DNA from: an uncultured virus (IMG/VR IMGVR_UViG_3300009164_000062)
Lineage: Duplodnaviria; Heunggongvirae; Uroviricota; Caudoviricetes
Length of the DNA: 64,000 nucleotides
IMG/VR virus record: IMGVR_UViG_3300009164_000062
Reading direction: 5' to 3' (one strand)
Under the pieces are notes generated by a model that was given only the letters and a program-made list of their open reading frames with translations, ran no database searches and was not told where the DNA came from. Within the stretch, counting starts at the first letter, position 1; every line of letters begins with the position of its first letter. The translations under genes and the position numbers were made by a program. Shown piece after piece: positions 18,819-28,798 of the stretch.

Positions 18819-21431
18819 ATGGCAACCAGAGCTGAACTTCAAAGTCAAATTGATGCGCTTAGAGCCGGCATTGACACCCAAGAAAAACAACAATCTGATC
18901 TTAATACTCAATGGTCTGCTCTTAATAAAGCATTGAAATTAGCTAGACAACAAATAGCACAGACCCCACCGCCACCTGATCTTGCGATTATTGTAGAAGC
19001 GGCTAGAAAATTAGAGCAACAACTTACGCAGTTAGATTCACAGTCACTGGCAATAACTGAACAAATACGGAAAGACTCATCTCAAATAAATACCCTACAA
19101 AGTCAAATCAATACTTTGGCAGATCAAGAAGAAGAAAAGGCAGCCGCGGCTGAAAAAGCAAAAACAAAAGAAGCCCAGGAAAAAGAAAAATCAGAAACAT
19201 CAAATACTACTTCAACTGCAACCGATACAAAAACTAAAGATGATGATAAAGGCCCTGATACGCCTCCCCCGCCTGCTGACAAACAAGAAAATCTACAAGT
19301 AGTAGATTATGACGGCATGATTGGATCACGCACTTTCAATCCGTTATCAAGACATAGTAGCTACACATACAATCTTAGTTTGCGACTAGCGACCCCTAGT
19401 GTATATAATAGATATATGCTTGGAGATAAAAGTGCAGTAACAGATGCTCCTTTACTTATTAGAAGCGGAGGGTCAAGTGAAAAACGTGCCCCTGGATTTG
19501 AATTAGATTTTTTCATTGATGAATTAGAAATGAAAACTAAATCAAGCAGTAAAGAAACTCAAACTGCAACAAATACAATAGATTATAGATTTAAAATTTT
19601 TGAACCTTATGGATTTACTTTTACTAACAATTTAGTGAAACTAAGAAATAACGGGTCTATTGGATTGGGTGCGTTTCGAGGATCATATTTTTTAACAATT
19701 GAATTTTATGGTTATGGAAGTACATACGGAGACATTGGGACTAAAATTGCCGGTGCACCAATACATTCTAGAACCTTTTGCATTTATATAACACAAGTAA
19801 GTTTTAGATTAGAAAGAGGACTAGTAGTATATGATATAACAGCACGACAGTTTGGTCAAGATGTTGCTTATGGTGATTTTGGACTTGTTAAGGGAAATAA
19901 AAGTATTCAAGGAAAATCAGTAGAAGATATTCTTAGGGGGAATAAGTCTAGTAGTTCAGTTATTAGTTTGATAGATGTTTTAAATAAAGACCAAGAAGAT
20001 AAAGTTAAAGCTGGCGAAGTTGAAGTAGCAAACATATATGAAATAGAATTTTGGGATGATGAGATTGCCTCATCGACTTTAGTATCCAAAGAAAATATTT
20101 CAAAAAATAACACCCCCATTGCAAAAATTACAAAGCCTGATCAAGTAAATGAAAGAACTTCATACCAAGTAACGTATGTTGAAAATAGTGCAGTTGATCT
20201 TCAAACTAGGGTAGCAAGTGTTACATCCGGTGAACCTATATTAAAAGTAATTGATAACATAATTTCTCAAAGTAGTTATGTACGAGATTCGCTACGTGCA
20301 TATACAAAAGAGGAACCGACAGACCCAGCAGATGATTTGCCAATTCCAAATACAAGTCAACAAAGATTGACCTGGTATAATGTTTCGCCAAAAGTTCAAT
20401 TTTTGACTAGTGGTTCAGGTCCCGATGGGTTAGATGTTAAACGCAATCAATTTGCTTATAAAATTACATACATTGTTCAGAAATATGAAATTCCCTTTAT
20501 CAGAGCAGTATATTCAGACAACATTCAAACATACTACGGGCCTTATAAACAATATGATTATTGGTACACTGGAAAGAACACAGAAGTACTTTCATTTGAT
20601 GTTACATATAACTATTCTTACCAAATAGAAGTTTCAATGACTTCTGATGTTCCAGTATCAACTTCAAATTTAAATGGTGTACCTGTTCAAACAGGTGGAG
20701 GTGTTTCGGCTGATAATAGTTCAAAAGAGCCCGGTACTAATGAAGAAGTAAATAGCATCCGATCTTGGTTGTATTCTCCCGGAGAACTAACTAAATTTAC
20801 GCTATCGATTTTAGGAGATCCGGATTATTTGATGCCAGCATTCAACGGTACAATTGTAGATCAAGTACAAAGATGGTACGGTGAAGATTTTACTATTAAC
20901 CCAAACACCAGACAGATTTTTATTGAGATTGACTTTAAGCAAGCTGAAGATTATGATCTTAAAACTGGTCTTTTAAAAATTGATGATAAAATAAAGTTTA
21001 TGGATTATGCTGAAAGTATGAATCCAAAACCTAAAGGCATTGTGTTTTGTGTGAATGAAGTCACTAGTACTTTTAGTAGAGGTAGATTTGAACAACGAAT
21101 CACAGGTTCTTTACCTAATTTTACTGGATATGATAAAGGAACTAAAAACACTGATAAAGAAAGAGTATCAGGTGCACCGGGAGAACAAGATAATGTTACT
21201 GGCGTGGACGAAGCGGTTGCCGCACAAGCCGCACAAAATAATGAAACACTTGCTTCAAACCCACCGGCGATAAGCACAACTAGTTCAAGCCAAGATGATG
21301 ATAATCAAAAACCAGTTGCATCTGCACGAAATAGTTATCAAGGTGGAAGAATAGTGAACATACCAAAAACAACATCTACCGGCGGAGAATACTCAGGTGA
21401 TGGCAATGTAACAGACCTGAGTCTTGGATAA
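18819..21431 (+). CDS. Large baseplate hub-like protein
   Basis: N-terminal coiled coil; NPLS..SSYTY, EPYGFTF, LSILGDPDY, VTSTFSRGRFEQ; lies between gp53-like and gp5-like genes. Confidence 0.55.
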   Translation: MATRAELQSQIDALRAGIDTQEKQQSDLNTQWSALNKALKLARQQIAQTPPPPDLAIIVEAARKLEQQLTQLDSQSLAITEQIRKDSSQINTLQSQINTLADQEEEKAAAAEKAKTKEAQEKEKSETSNTTSTATDTKTKDDDKGPDTPPPPADKQENLQVVDYDGMIGSRTFNPLSRHSSYTYNLSLRLATPSVYNRYMLGDKSAVTDAPLLIRSGGSSEKRAPGFELDFFIDELEMKTKSSSKETQTATNTIDYRFKIFEPYGFTFTNNLVKLRNNGSIGLGAFRGSYFLTIEFYGYGSTYGDIGTKIAGAPIHSRTFCIYITQVSFRLERGLVVYDITARQFGQDVAYGDFGLVKGNKSIQGKSVEDILRGNKSSSSVISLIDVLNKDQEDKVKAGEVEVANIYEIEFWDDEIASSTLVSKENISKNNTPIAKITKPDQVNERTSYQVTYVENSAVDLQTRVASVTSGEPILKVIDNIISQSSYVRDSLRAYTKEEPTDPADDLPIPNTSQQRLTWYNVSPKVQFLTSGSGPDGLDVKRNQFAYKITYIVQKYEIPFIRAVYSDNIQTYYGPYKQYDYWYTGKNTEVLSFDVTYNYSYQIEVSMTSDVPVSTSNLNGVPVQTGGGVSADNSSKEPGTNEEVNSIRSWLYSPGELTKFTLSILGDPDYLMPAFNGTIVDQVQRWYGEDFTINPNTRQIFIEIDFKQAEDYDLKTGLLKIDDKIKFMDYAESMNPKPKGIVFCVNEVTSTFSRGRFEQRITGSLPNFTGYDKGTKNTDKERVSGAPGEQDNVTGVDEAVAAQAAQNNETLASNPPAISTTSSSQDDDNQKPVASARNSYQGGRIVNIPKTTSTGGEYSGDGNVTDLSLG

Positions 21432-21442
21432 GGAATATAAAA

Positions 21443-22588
21443 ATGGCAACAAATCGATATTTTAACGGACCTAGTAAAAATTATAAAGATGATAGAGGAA
21501 AAACTAATTTAATTCCTAGTGCCGTAGTTGGTGTAGTTAAGCATAATATTGATCCTAAGAAATCAGGTCAGTTAAAAGTTTTTCTAAAAAGATTAGATGC
21601 CGGGGACGAAAACAATCCGGACAACTGGACAACGGTGGATTATCTAAGTCCGTTCTTTGGATCTACTCCTAACACAGGAAGTTCAGCTAGCGAATACGGA
21701 ACGTTTAAAGATAATCCACAGAGTTATGGCTTTTGGTTTACGCCGCCGGATATAGGAACTGAAGTAGTTTGTTTGTTCAACAACGGTGTTTCAAACTTTG
21801 GATGGTATATTGGCAGCATCCCCACACCCGGTACGATGCATATGGTTCCTGCAATAGGATCTAGTCAAAACATTGTTCCTGGAACTGAAGCAGAAGCAAA
21901 AAACTATGGCGGTGCAACACTTCTTCCGGTTGGTGAAATAAACAACAAGAATTCTGGTAGAAAAAATGATCCGCAGATGACTGATCAACCTAGACCTATT
22001 CATAGTATTCAAGCAGCCATCTTAAACAATCAAGGATTAATACGTGACCCGGATAGAGGAACTATTAGTAGCAGTAGTAGTCGAGAGAGCCCTAGTAAAG
22101 TATTTGGTATAAGCACTCCTGGTAGACCAATTTATGAAGGTGGATATGATGATTCCACTATTATGGATGCAGTAAAAGATTCAACTATCCCTGCTAGTAA
22201 TTTTAAAGTAGTCGGTAGAAGAGGCGGACACACAATTGTAATGGATGACGGTGACCTGCAAGGCAAGGATCAATTATTGAGATTCAGAACGGCTGCCGGT
22301 CATATGATTATGATGAATGATACAATCGGAACATTCTTTATTATTCATGCAAGTGGCAAGAGTTACATCGAGATGGGCAAAGAAGGCACCATTGATATGT
22401 ATTCTACTAATAGTGTTAATATCAGAACTCAGGGTGATTTGAACTTGCATGCCGATAATAACATCAACATTAATGCTAAAAAAGATTTAAACATTTCTGC
22501 TGAGAATATAAACATAGAAAGTTTTCAAGCTACTAATCAATTTACAGGTACAAATTTTTCACAGCAAACTAAAGGTGATCACACTTAA
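21443..22588 (+). CDS. gp5: Baseplate central spike gp5/VgrG-like, N-terminal part (OB fold and start of beta-helix)
   Basis: DP.KSGQLKVF, W.TV.Y.SPFFG, SYGFWF.PPDIGTEV, GHTIVMDDG, RTAAGH.I.MND, periodic beta-helix repeats. Confidence 0.8.
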   Translation: MATNRYFNGPSKNYKDDRGKTNLIPSAVVGVVKHNIDPKKSGQLKVFLKRLDAGDENNPDNWTTVDYLSPFFGSTPNTGSSASEYGTFKDNPQSYGFWFTPPDIGTEVVCLFNNGVSNFGWYIGSIPTPGTMHMVPAIGSSQNIVPGTEAEAKNYGGATLLPVGEINNKNSGRKNDPQMTDQPRPIHSIQAAILNNQGLIRDPDRGTISSSSSRESPSKVFGISTPGRPIYEGGYDDSTIMDAVKDSTIPASNFKVVGRRGGHTIVMDDGDLQGKDQLLRFRTAAGHMIMMNDTIGTFFIIHASGKSYIEMGKEGTIDMYSTNSVNIRTQGDLNLHADNNININAKKDLNISAENINIESFQATNQFTGTNFSQQTKGDHT

Positions 22589-22602
22589 AAGTTGATAGCA
22601 AG

Positions 22603-24909
22603 ATGACGTTTGAAAGTTCTAGTGATAGTATGATAAAAAGCGGAGGAACTAATTACGTCAAGGGTGGACCAAATGTAAAATTAAATACAGGTGAAAGTTC
22701 ACTTATTCCGCAAGAAGTTAAAGCTATACCTAAAGTCGCACACACTGATACATTGTTTGACAAAGAAAAGGGTTATATGTCTGCACCGGCAAAACTACCT
22801 AGCATTGTCAGTAGAGCCCCAGCACATAGTCCATGGGCAAACGCTAATCAAGGAGTAAATGTAAAAACTGACTTAGGTGCTGACAACAACTTGCCACCTG
22901 CACCGCCGCCGGCAGTGGCATCAGTAAATGCATCATCAAGTGCCGCCTCAAATGCGACTTCAGCAACTGTTACTCAAACTGCAACAGTACCTGGCAATTC
23001 AGAAAACAATGCTTTGATTTCTCAGATGGCAGTGAATGCACAGGCTAATGATCAAAAAGCAGGACTTAATAATGATCAAGTTTCTGCTTTACAAGCTGAT
23101 GTAAAAAATGTAGACGGGACAAAAGTTCCTGTTATTGGTGATGCAAAAATTAATCCTTATCAACTTCAGGCCGCTGGGTATATCAAACCAGGAACAGCAG
23201 ATGCAATGGTTGCAGGAACTACTAAGGGTCTTGGATTAAAAGCCGCTATGCCAGACAATTGGTTTACTGGCAAAGACGGTGTAAAATCTGTAGGTGATTT
23301 AGTAAACAATACTCCTGCTCAAGTTAATGTTTTAGATAATGTATTAACTAAATCAAAAGATTCATTAGTAGCGGCAGGAGCCATTACCGGTAAAGAAAGC
23401 CCGGGACAGATAGGTGGATTAGTAGTAGCTACAGCGCAATCAGGTACAAAATCAACTTTAGATTTCCTCAAGACAGCTTCTTCGGCAACTAACACAGCTA
23501 ACCCACTTTCTTCAGCAAATGCAGGTACTGCTTTAGCCGCAGGTGCCGCCCTTCTTGCATCTAAAGGGATATCTGTTCCGTCGGGAGTTAGCGGCATTGC
23601 AGGTTCAATCAAGGATGCAATAAGTTCAGGAAACAAAGCAGCCGATGGAGTAGAAAAGGCTGCCGGACCACTAAGTGGAGCACAAATTGCTGACAATTTA
23701 AAAGGTGCAGTATCATCAGCATTTGATGCTGTTAAGAAAGGATTTAAAGCACTGACTGTTGGCAAACCCCAAAGTCTAACTGCTATAAATGCGGCCAATG
23801 CAGAAGAAAAAGCCGCTAAGGATGCAGGTGAACAAATGGCAGTAGACTCAGCGGCTCCTAAACTTCCGGAATCTAGCCCATTAAGTTCATTGAAGACATC
23901 ACTTACTAGTCTAGGGGATAAAATAAAAACAGCAGTTAGTGCAAAGAGTCCTAGTGGTATGGAAAATTTACCCGGAGGTTCAGCACTTGCCGGAAATATA
24001 ATCAATACAACCGGAGTATCAACTAACCCTAGTGACACAGTTCCAGTAACGAGTGACCCTTATGCAGGACTAACCCCTGAACAAATAAAATCACTTGGTA
24101 AAGCAGATCCAACAGATCCGTATATACGTGGTAATTTAGGATTACCTACATTAGCCGGAACAAAGCCATTGCCTAATGGAGATATATCTTCATTGTCAAA
24201 GATTCCGGGACTGGGTGCAGTCGCTGGAATGTTAAGTTCAATCAAATCCGGCATCTCAGGTGGCGGAGACAAACTTTCTGGAACTATCTCAGCATTGAAA
24301 GATAAAGCTACTTCTCAGAAAAAACTTACTGAAATTGCCGGTGATTCATTAAGTCCAGGAGAATCAGCAAAACTAAATGCAGCCTTATCTTCATTACCAA
24401 CGGGCGGAGCACCCATATCATTACCAACTGTTGGGAAAGATACTTTTGACATGAGTGCAATGTTAGCTCAATCTAGCAGTTTACTCGGTGATGCAAAAAT
24501 ACCGGGAGTAAATTTAGGCGGAGGATTGCCTCCTGGGGCATTTAAAATGCCGTCAGCCGCACAAGCAAAAGAGTATGATAAATTAAAAGCAGAAAAAACA
24601 AAACAAGAAGATTTACAATGGGATTTACGTAAGAAGTATTTTGACCTTAAGAAAAAGAACGGAGAAGAAGATTCAACAACTATCGCTGCCAAAGAAGAAT
24701 GGCAAACATGTGTCAAACGTATTGAAGAAATTAAGGGTGAGATGTATGCAAATACAACCGGAAATCCTGCCCCAACTCAGATGCCTCCACCAGATGCACC
24801 GGTAGACATTAATCAAAAACTAACAGTTGCGTCTGGTATGCAGCCAGGTGGCGCCGGACAAAAAGCAGTAGAAGATATAGGAGCTTCATTTAAGAATCTT
24901 CTTAGATAA
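22603..24909 (+). CDS. gp5-like spike C-terminal part (probable frameshifted continuation) with lysozyme-like remnant and Ala/Gly/Ser-rich tail
   Basis: Frame -1 relative to the upstream ORF; beta-helix pattern continues (LKVDSKMTFESSSDSMIKSGG...VKLNTG); RAPAHSPW; QLQAAGYIKPG...WFTGKDG. Confidence 0.65.
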   Translation: MTFESSSDSMIKSGGTNYVKGGPNVKLNTGESSLIPQEVKAIPKVAHTDTLFDKEKGYMSAPAKLPSIVSRAPAHSPWANANQGVNVKTDLGADNNLPPAPPPAVASVNASSSAASNATSATVTQTATVPGNSENNALISQMAVNAQANDQKAGLNNDQVSALQADVKNVDGTKVPVIGDAKINPYQLQAAGYIKPGTADAMVAGTTKGLGLKAAMPDNWFTGKDGVKSVGDLVNNTPAQVNVLDNVLTKSKDSLVAAGAITGKESPGQIGGLVVATAQSGTKSTLDFLKTASSATNTANPLSSANAGTALAAGAALLASKGISVPSGVSGIAGSIKDAISSGNKAADGVEKAAGPLSGAQIADNLKGAVSSAFDAVKKGFKALTVGKPQSLTAINAANAEEKAAKDAGEQMAVDSAAPKLPESSPLSSLKTSLTSLGDKIKTAVSAKSPSGMENLPGGSALAGNIINTTGVSTNPSDTVPVTSDPYAGLTPEQIKSLGKADPTDPYIRGNLGLPTLAGTKPLPNGDISSLSKIPGLGAVAGMLSSIKSGISGGGDKLSGTISALKDKATSQKKLTEIAGDSLSPGESAKLNAALSSLPTGGAPISLPTVGKDTFDMSAMLAQSSSLLGDAKIPGVNLGGGLPPGAFKMPSAAQAKEYDKLKAEKTKQEDLQWDLRKKYFDLKKKNGEEDSTTIAAKEEWQTCVKRIEEIKGEMYANTTGNPAPTQMPPPDAPVDINQKLTVASGMQPGGAGQKAVEDIGASFKNLLR

Positions 24910-24927
24910 TAACATATAGGAAAAACT

Positions 24928-25380
24928 ATGGCAACATATATTGGATTTAGCACACAACATGTTAATGAGGTGAGACAAACAAGAGACTCTAACAACAATG
25001 GAGTCAATGGTAGTATCCCTTTAAATTCTCCACTGAAGTCAAAGAATAAATTTAGAACGCTTGACGAAGAATTAGTACTTCAAGATTTCATAAATGCATT
25101 GAACATACAGCAAGGAACAAAACCAGGTAACCCTGGATACGGGACTTCTCTTTGGAGTTTTATTTTCGAACCAAATACGGCTGATGTTAGATATGAATTA
25201 GAACAAGAAATTAAAAGAATTGCTTTGACTGACCCTAGGATTGCATTAGAAGTGGTTGATATTGTGTCTAGCGAAAACGGAATTGCTATGGCCCTTCAAA
25301 TGTATATTTTACCGTTTAATAATCCAGTTGATTTAACTATTTCTTTTGATAAGAATAGTTCAATGGCAGGACTGAGTTAA
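24928..25380 (+). CDS. gp25: Baseplate wedge subunit (gp25-like)
   Basis: LVLQDFINALNIQQG.K..NP.YGT.LW..IFEP, DPRI. Confidence 0.88.
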   Translation: MATYIGFSTQHVNEVRQTRDSNNNGVNGSIPLNSPLKSKNKFRTLDEELVLQDFINALNIQQGTKPGNPGYGTSLWSFIFEPNTADVRYELEQEIKRIALTDPRIALEVVDIVSSENGIAMALQMYILPFNNPVDLTISFDKNSSMAGLS

Positions 25381-25399
25381 AATAGCCATTTTTTAATAA

Positions 25400-25407
25400 G
25401 ATAAATA
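25400..25407 (+). promoter_or_regulatory. Late promoter box GATAAATA
   Basis: Upstream of the gp6-like gene. Confidence 0.65.
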
Positions 25408-25427
25408 TATAAAAGAGATTATTTACT

Positions 25428-28400
25428 ATGGCCACAAGTTCAAGACAAACAGCAATTTTTGGGGTAAACGACTGGAAATCCATCTACAAAACGTATAGAC
25501 AAGCGGATTTACAAAGTTACGATTATGAGACCCTACGCAAAACCTTTGTGGACTACTTACGAACATATTATCCAGAGACTTTTAATGATTATGTCGAATC
25601 TAGTGAATATGTTGCATTGCTAGATGTAATAGCTTTTATGGGCCAAGGTCTTGCCTTCCGTGATGACTTGAATGCCCGTGAAAATTTTATCGATACGGCT
25701 GAACGCAGGGACAGCGTTATCAAACTAGCTAATTTAGTAGGATATACTCCAAAAAGAAATCTTGCCGCTCAAGGTTATTTAAAAATTTCCTCAATACAGA
25801 CTACAGAACAAGTTAAAGACGTTAACGGATTAAACCTTAGTAATGTATTGATATTATGGAATGACCCGGCAAATCCAAACTGGCAAGAGCAATTCAATAG
25901 CATCGTTAATGCCGCATTGATTTCTTCTCAGCGTGTAGGTAGACCCGGAAATAGTAATACTATTTTAGGTGTGAAAACCGAAGAATATACAATACAACGA
26001 CCACGTGGAACTCTACCAACCGCATCTTTCAGTGGGATAGTTCAGGGCACCAATATGAATTTTGAATGTGTTAGTGTCACTAGTTTAAATTCTGATAATA
26101 TATATGAAACTGGTCCTAATTTAAATTCGAACTTTACTATTGTTTATAGAAATGATAAGTTGGGTTATGGTAGTGTTGATACGGGCTTCTTTGTTTATTT
26201 TAAACAGGGAGTACTAAAGACATTTAATTTTAACATTACCGAACAACTTAGCAATCAATTAGTTGATATTGATATTCAAGGTATAAACAATAGTGACACA
26301 TGGTTGTATAAAATTGATCCTATTACCGGAACCGAAACAGTTTGGACACAAGTTGAAAATATATACGACAATACACGAAATGTACAAAATGCAAACAATA
26401 AACAAATTTTCAGTGTAACTTCTAGATTCAATGATCAAGTAAGTTATACTTTTGGTGACGGAGTATTTGGTAAAATTCCAAATGGTAATTTTAGAGCATA
26501 TGTAAGATCCAGTAATGCATTAACATATACAATCAATCCAGATGAATTACAAGGAACTGCAATTAGCCTAACATATGTTGGTAAGACGGGTAGAACAGAA
26601 ACATTATCTATGACATTAGAACTAATGACACCTGTTAATAACGGTCAAGGTAGAGAATCTTTAGCCAACATTAAGCAACGTGCTCCACAAAGATACTATA
26701 GTCAAAACCGTATGGTTAATGGAGAAGATTATAATAATTTCCCATTCACACTTTATAATAGTATTATTAAAAGTAAAGCACTAAATCGAAGTAGCGTGGG
26801 GGTAAGTAGAAATTTTGATTTGCTAGACCCAACTGGAAAATATTCTAGTACAAATCTTTTTGCTGAAGATGGTGGATTATATTTGGATGATACCGACGGA
26901 ACTTTAGTTTTCAATGCTAACTCAACTAATGATATATTGATGTTTTTGACGGATACTATTTCTAATGAACTAAACAGTCATAAAGTTTTTCAATATTATT
27001 CTCAACATTTTACCAGATATAAAACAGATATTAGTTCAGGTGACGGGGAAATATTATGGAAACAAAGTTCATTTAATGAATTAGAGTCTACTGGGTATTT
27101 TTATAATGCGTACGGGCCTGTATCAATTGGTGTTTATACTACAGGAAATACAAAATATCTAACACCGAGTGCATTGTTAAAATTTAAAGCGCCTGATGGT
27201 TTTTACTTCAATAAAGAAAATAAACTTGTTGCCGGGATACCCGGAGTTGCAGACAACATTTATCTTTGGACAAGTATTTCAAACATTGTCGGTGAGGGGT
27301 CAAATAATGGAGAAGGTAATTTGATTACTGGTTATGGACCGGTCACTCTTAACAATGCATTACAAACTGGATTAATTTTAAAAGAAGTTCTACCTTCATT
27401 TACTAATTCATTCCCAACAACTCTTATACAAGATGTAACTAATCAAGTATTACTAGGGCAAAATTTTACTTTAGTTTTTAGAAATGACCTGTTAGCCAAT
27501 CAAGATCGTTGGTTATTAAGTACATTTACAGACAGTAGATATTTTGTAAAATTTGAAAGTTTAGGTAACGGTAGATATAAAGCAAATTACAAAGCTATTT
27601 CTTATTATTTTGCAAGTTCTTCAAGTGTAAGATTTACATTTACAAAAAATCAAATAATTTATGATCCTGCAACAGGTAAGTTATTGCAAGATTATATTAA
27701 TATTCTTAAAGTAAATAGTTATCCGGACAGCAACTACCCGTTTCCCAATGACACTAAATTAAGTGTAGTAGGACAACTAACAGAAGCAGACGGCTATGTT
27801 GATGATTATTGTGTAGAAGTGGCAAGCACGGATCCAAATACCTCAGGGTCTATCAAAAACCCTGACTTCTTCTATCTCACAACTGGATACGCAACAGGAG
27901 CAACTAACTGGTTTAAGTATGTATTTTTTGAATTGATTACTGACAGTAGTTTATTGTCAAGATATCAAATGGTTGAGACTAACGCAATCATCTCTGCATA
28001 CACTACTAAGCAAGAAATTGCATTAGTTAGATATGAATATTCTCCTAATACAGTATTTTTTGCAGGTAAAGAAAAAACATTTTATAAAACAGTTCAAAGT
28101 ACATATAGTAAAAATGTAATCGAATTAGTGCAAGTTGATAATTACATTGCTAAAATAGGTCGTCAAGGATTAGCTTTTCAATACAAACATATTTCCGGAA
28201 ATACTACAAGAATAGATCCTGCTACAACAAACATCATTGATTTGTATATCGTTACTCAGAGTTACTACACTCAGTATCAAAATTGGATTAAAGATTCTAC
28301 TGGTAAAATATCAGAACCAGAAAAACCTACTCTCAACGAATTAAATTTAGTTTATTCTAAAATGAATGACTATAAAATGTTGACTGACAGTTTAATTTTA

Positions 28401-28784
28401 AATAGCGTTATTTTTAAACCATTGTTTGGTAACAAAGCAGAACCAAAGTTGAGAGCAACGATAAAAATTATCAAATCTAGTTTGACAACTGCAAGTGATA
28501 GTGAAATACGTTCAGCAGTATTAACTACTATGAATTCATATTTTCAAATTGAAAATTGGAATTTTGGAGATACCTTTTATTTCAGCGAGTTGAGTGCATA
28601 TGTTCACAGTATCATCGGTGATCTAGTAAGTTCGATAGTATTGGTTCCAAATGACCCATCAATGAAGTTTGGAGATTTATACGAAATACACAGTTCTCCG
28701 TATGAGATTTTTGTTAATGCAACACAAGCAACAGACATTATGGTGATTTCATCTTTGTCCCCGTCAGAATTACAGATAGTTTAA
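25428..28784 (+). CDS. gp6: Baseplate wedge protein (gp6-like)
   Basis: DYETLR, ALLDVIAF, ENFIDTAERRDSVIKLANLVGY.PKR, FGDGVFGKIP, ESL..IK.RAP..YYSQNRMVNGEDY. Confidence 0.9.
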   Translation: MATSSRQTAIFGVNDWKSIYKTYRQADLQSYDYETLRKTFVDYLRTYYPETFNDYVESSEYVALLDVIAFMGQGLAFRDDLNARENFIDTAERRDSVIKLANLVGYTPKRNLAAQGYLKISSIQTTEQVKDVNGLNLSNVLILWNDPANPNWQEQFNSIVNAALISSQRVGRPGNSNTILGVKTEEYTIQRPRGTLPTASFSGIVQGTNMNFECVSVTSLNSDNIYETGPNLNSNFTIVYRNDKLGYGSVDTGFFVYFKQGVLKTFNFNITEQLSNQLVDIDIQGINNSDTWLYKIDPITGTETVWTQVENIYDNTRNVQNANNKQIFSVTSRFNDQVSYTFGDGVFGKIPNGNFRAYVRSSNALTYTINPDELQGTAISLTYVGKTGRTETLSMTLELMTPVNNGQGRESLANIKQRAPQRYYSQNRMVNGEDYNNFPFTLYNSIIKSKALNRSSVGVSRNFDLLDPTGKYSSTNLFAEDGGLYLDDTDGTLVFNANSTNDILMFLTDTISNELNSHKVFQYYSQHFTRYKTDISSGDGEILWKQSSFNELESTGYFYNAYGPVSIGVYTTGNTKYLTPSALLKFKAPDGFYFNKENKLVAGIPGVADNIYLWTSISNIVGEGSNNGEGNLITGYGPVTLNNALQTGLILKEVLPSFTNSFPTTLIQDVTNQVLLGQNFTLVFRNDLLANQDRWLLSTFTDSRYFVKFESLGNGRYKANYKAISYYFASSSSVRFTFTKNQIIYDPATGKLLQDYINILKVNSYPDSNYPFPNDTKLSVVGQLTEADGYVDDYCVEVASTDPNTSGSIKNPDFFYLTTGYATGATNWFKYVFFELITDSSLLSRYQMVETNAIISAYTTKQEIALVRYEYSPNTVFFAGKEKTFYKTVQSTYSKNVIELVQVDNYIAKIGRQGLAFQYKHISGNTTRIDPATTNIIDLYIVTQSYYTQYQNWIKDSTGKISEPEKPTLNELNLVYSKMNDYKMLTDSLILNSVIFKPLFGNKAEPKLRATIKIIKSSLTTASDSEIRSAVLTTMNSYFQIENWNFGDTFYFSELSAYVHSIIGDLVSSIVLVPNDPSMKFGDLYEIHSSPYEIFVNATQATDIMVISSLSPSELQIV

Positions 28785-28798
28785 TATAGGCAACCACA

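Noticed and set aside
22575..22595. Programmed -1 ribosomal frameshift
   Set aside because: No X XXY YYZ heptamer in the permitted window and ACT cannot re-pair in the -1 frame; an indel is simpler
23319..24038. 239-aa minus-strand ORF and the other short antisense or off-frame ORFs in the track
   Set aside because: Shadows of real genes, produced by codon bias; no motifs or RBS
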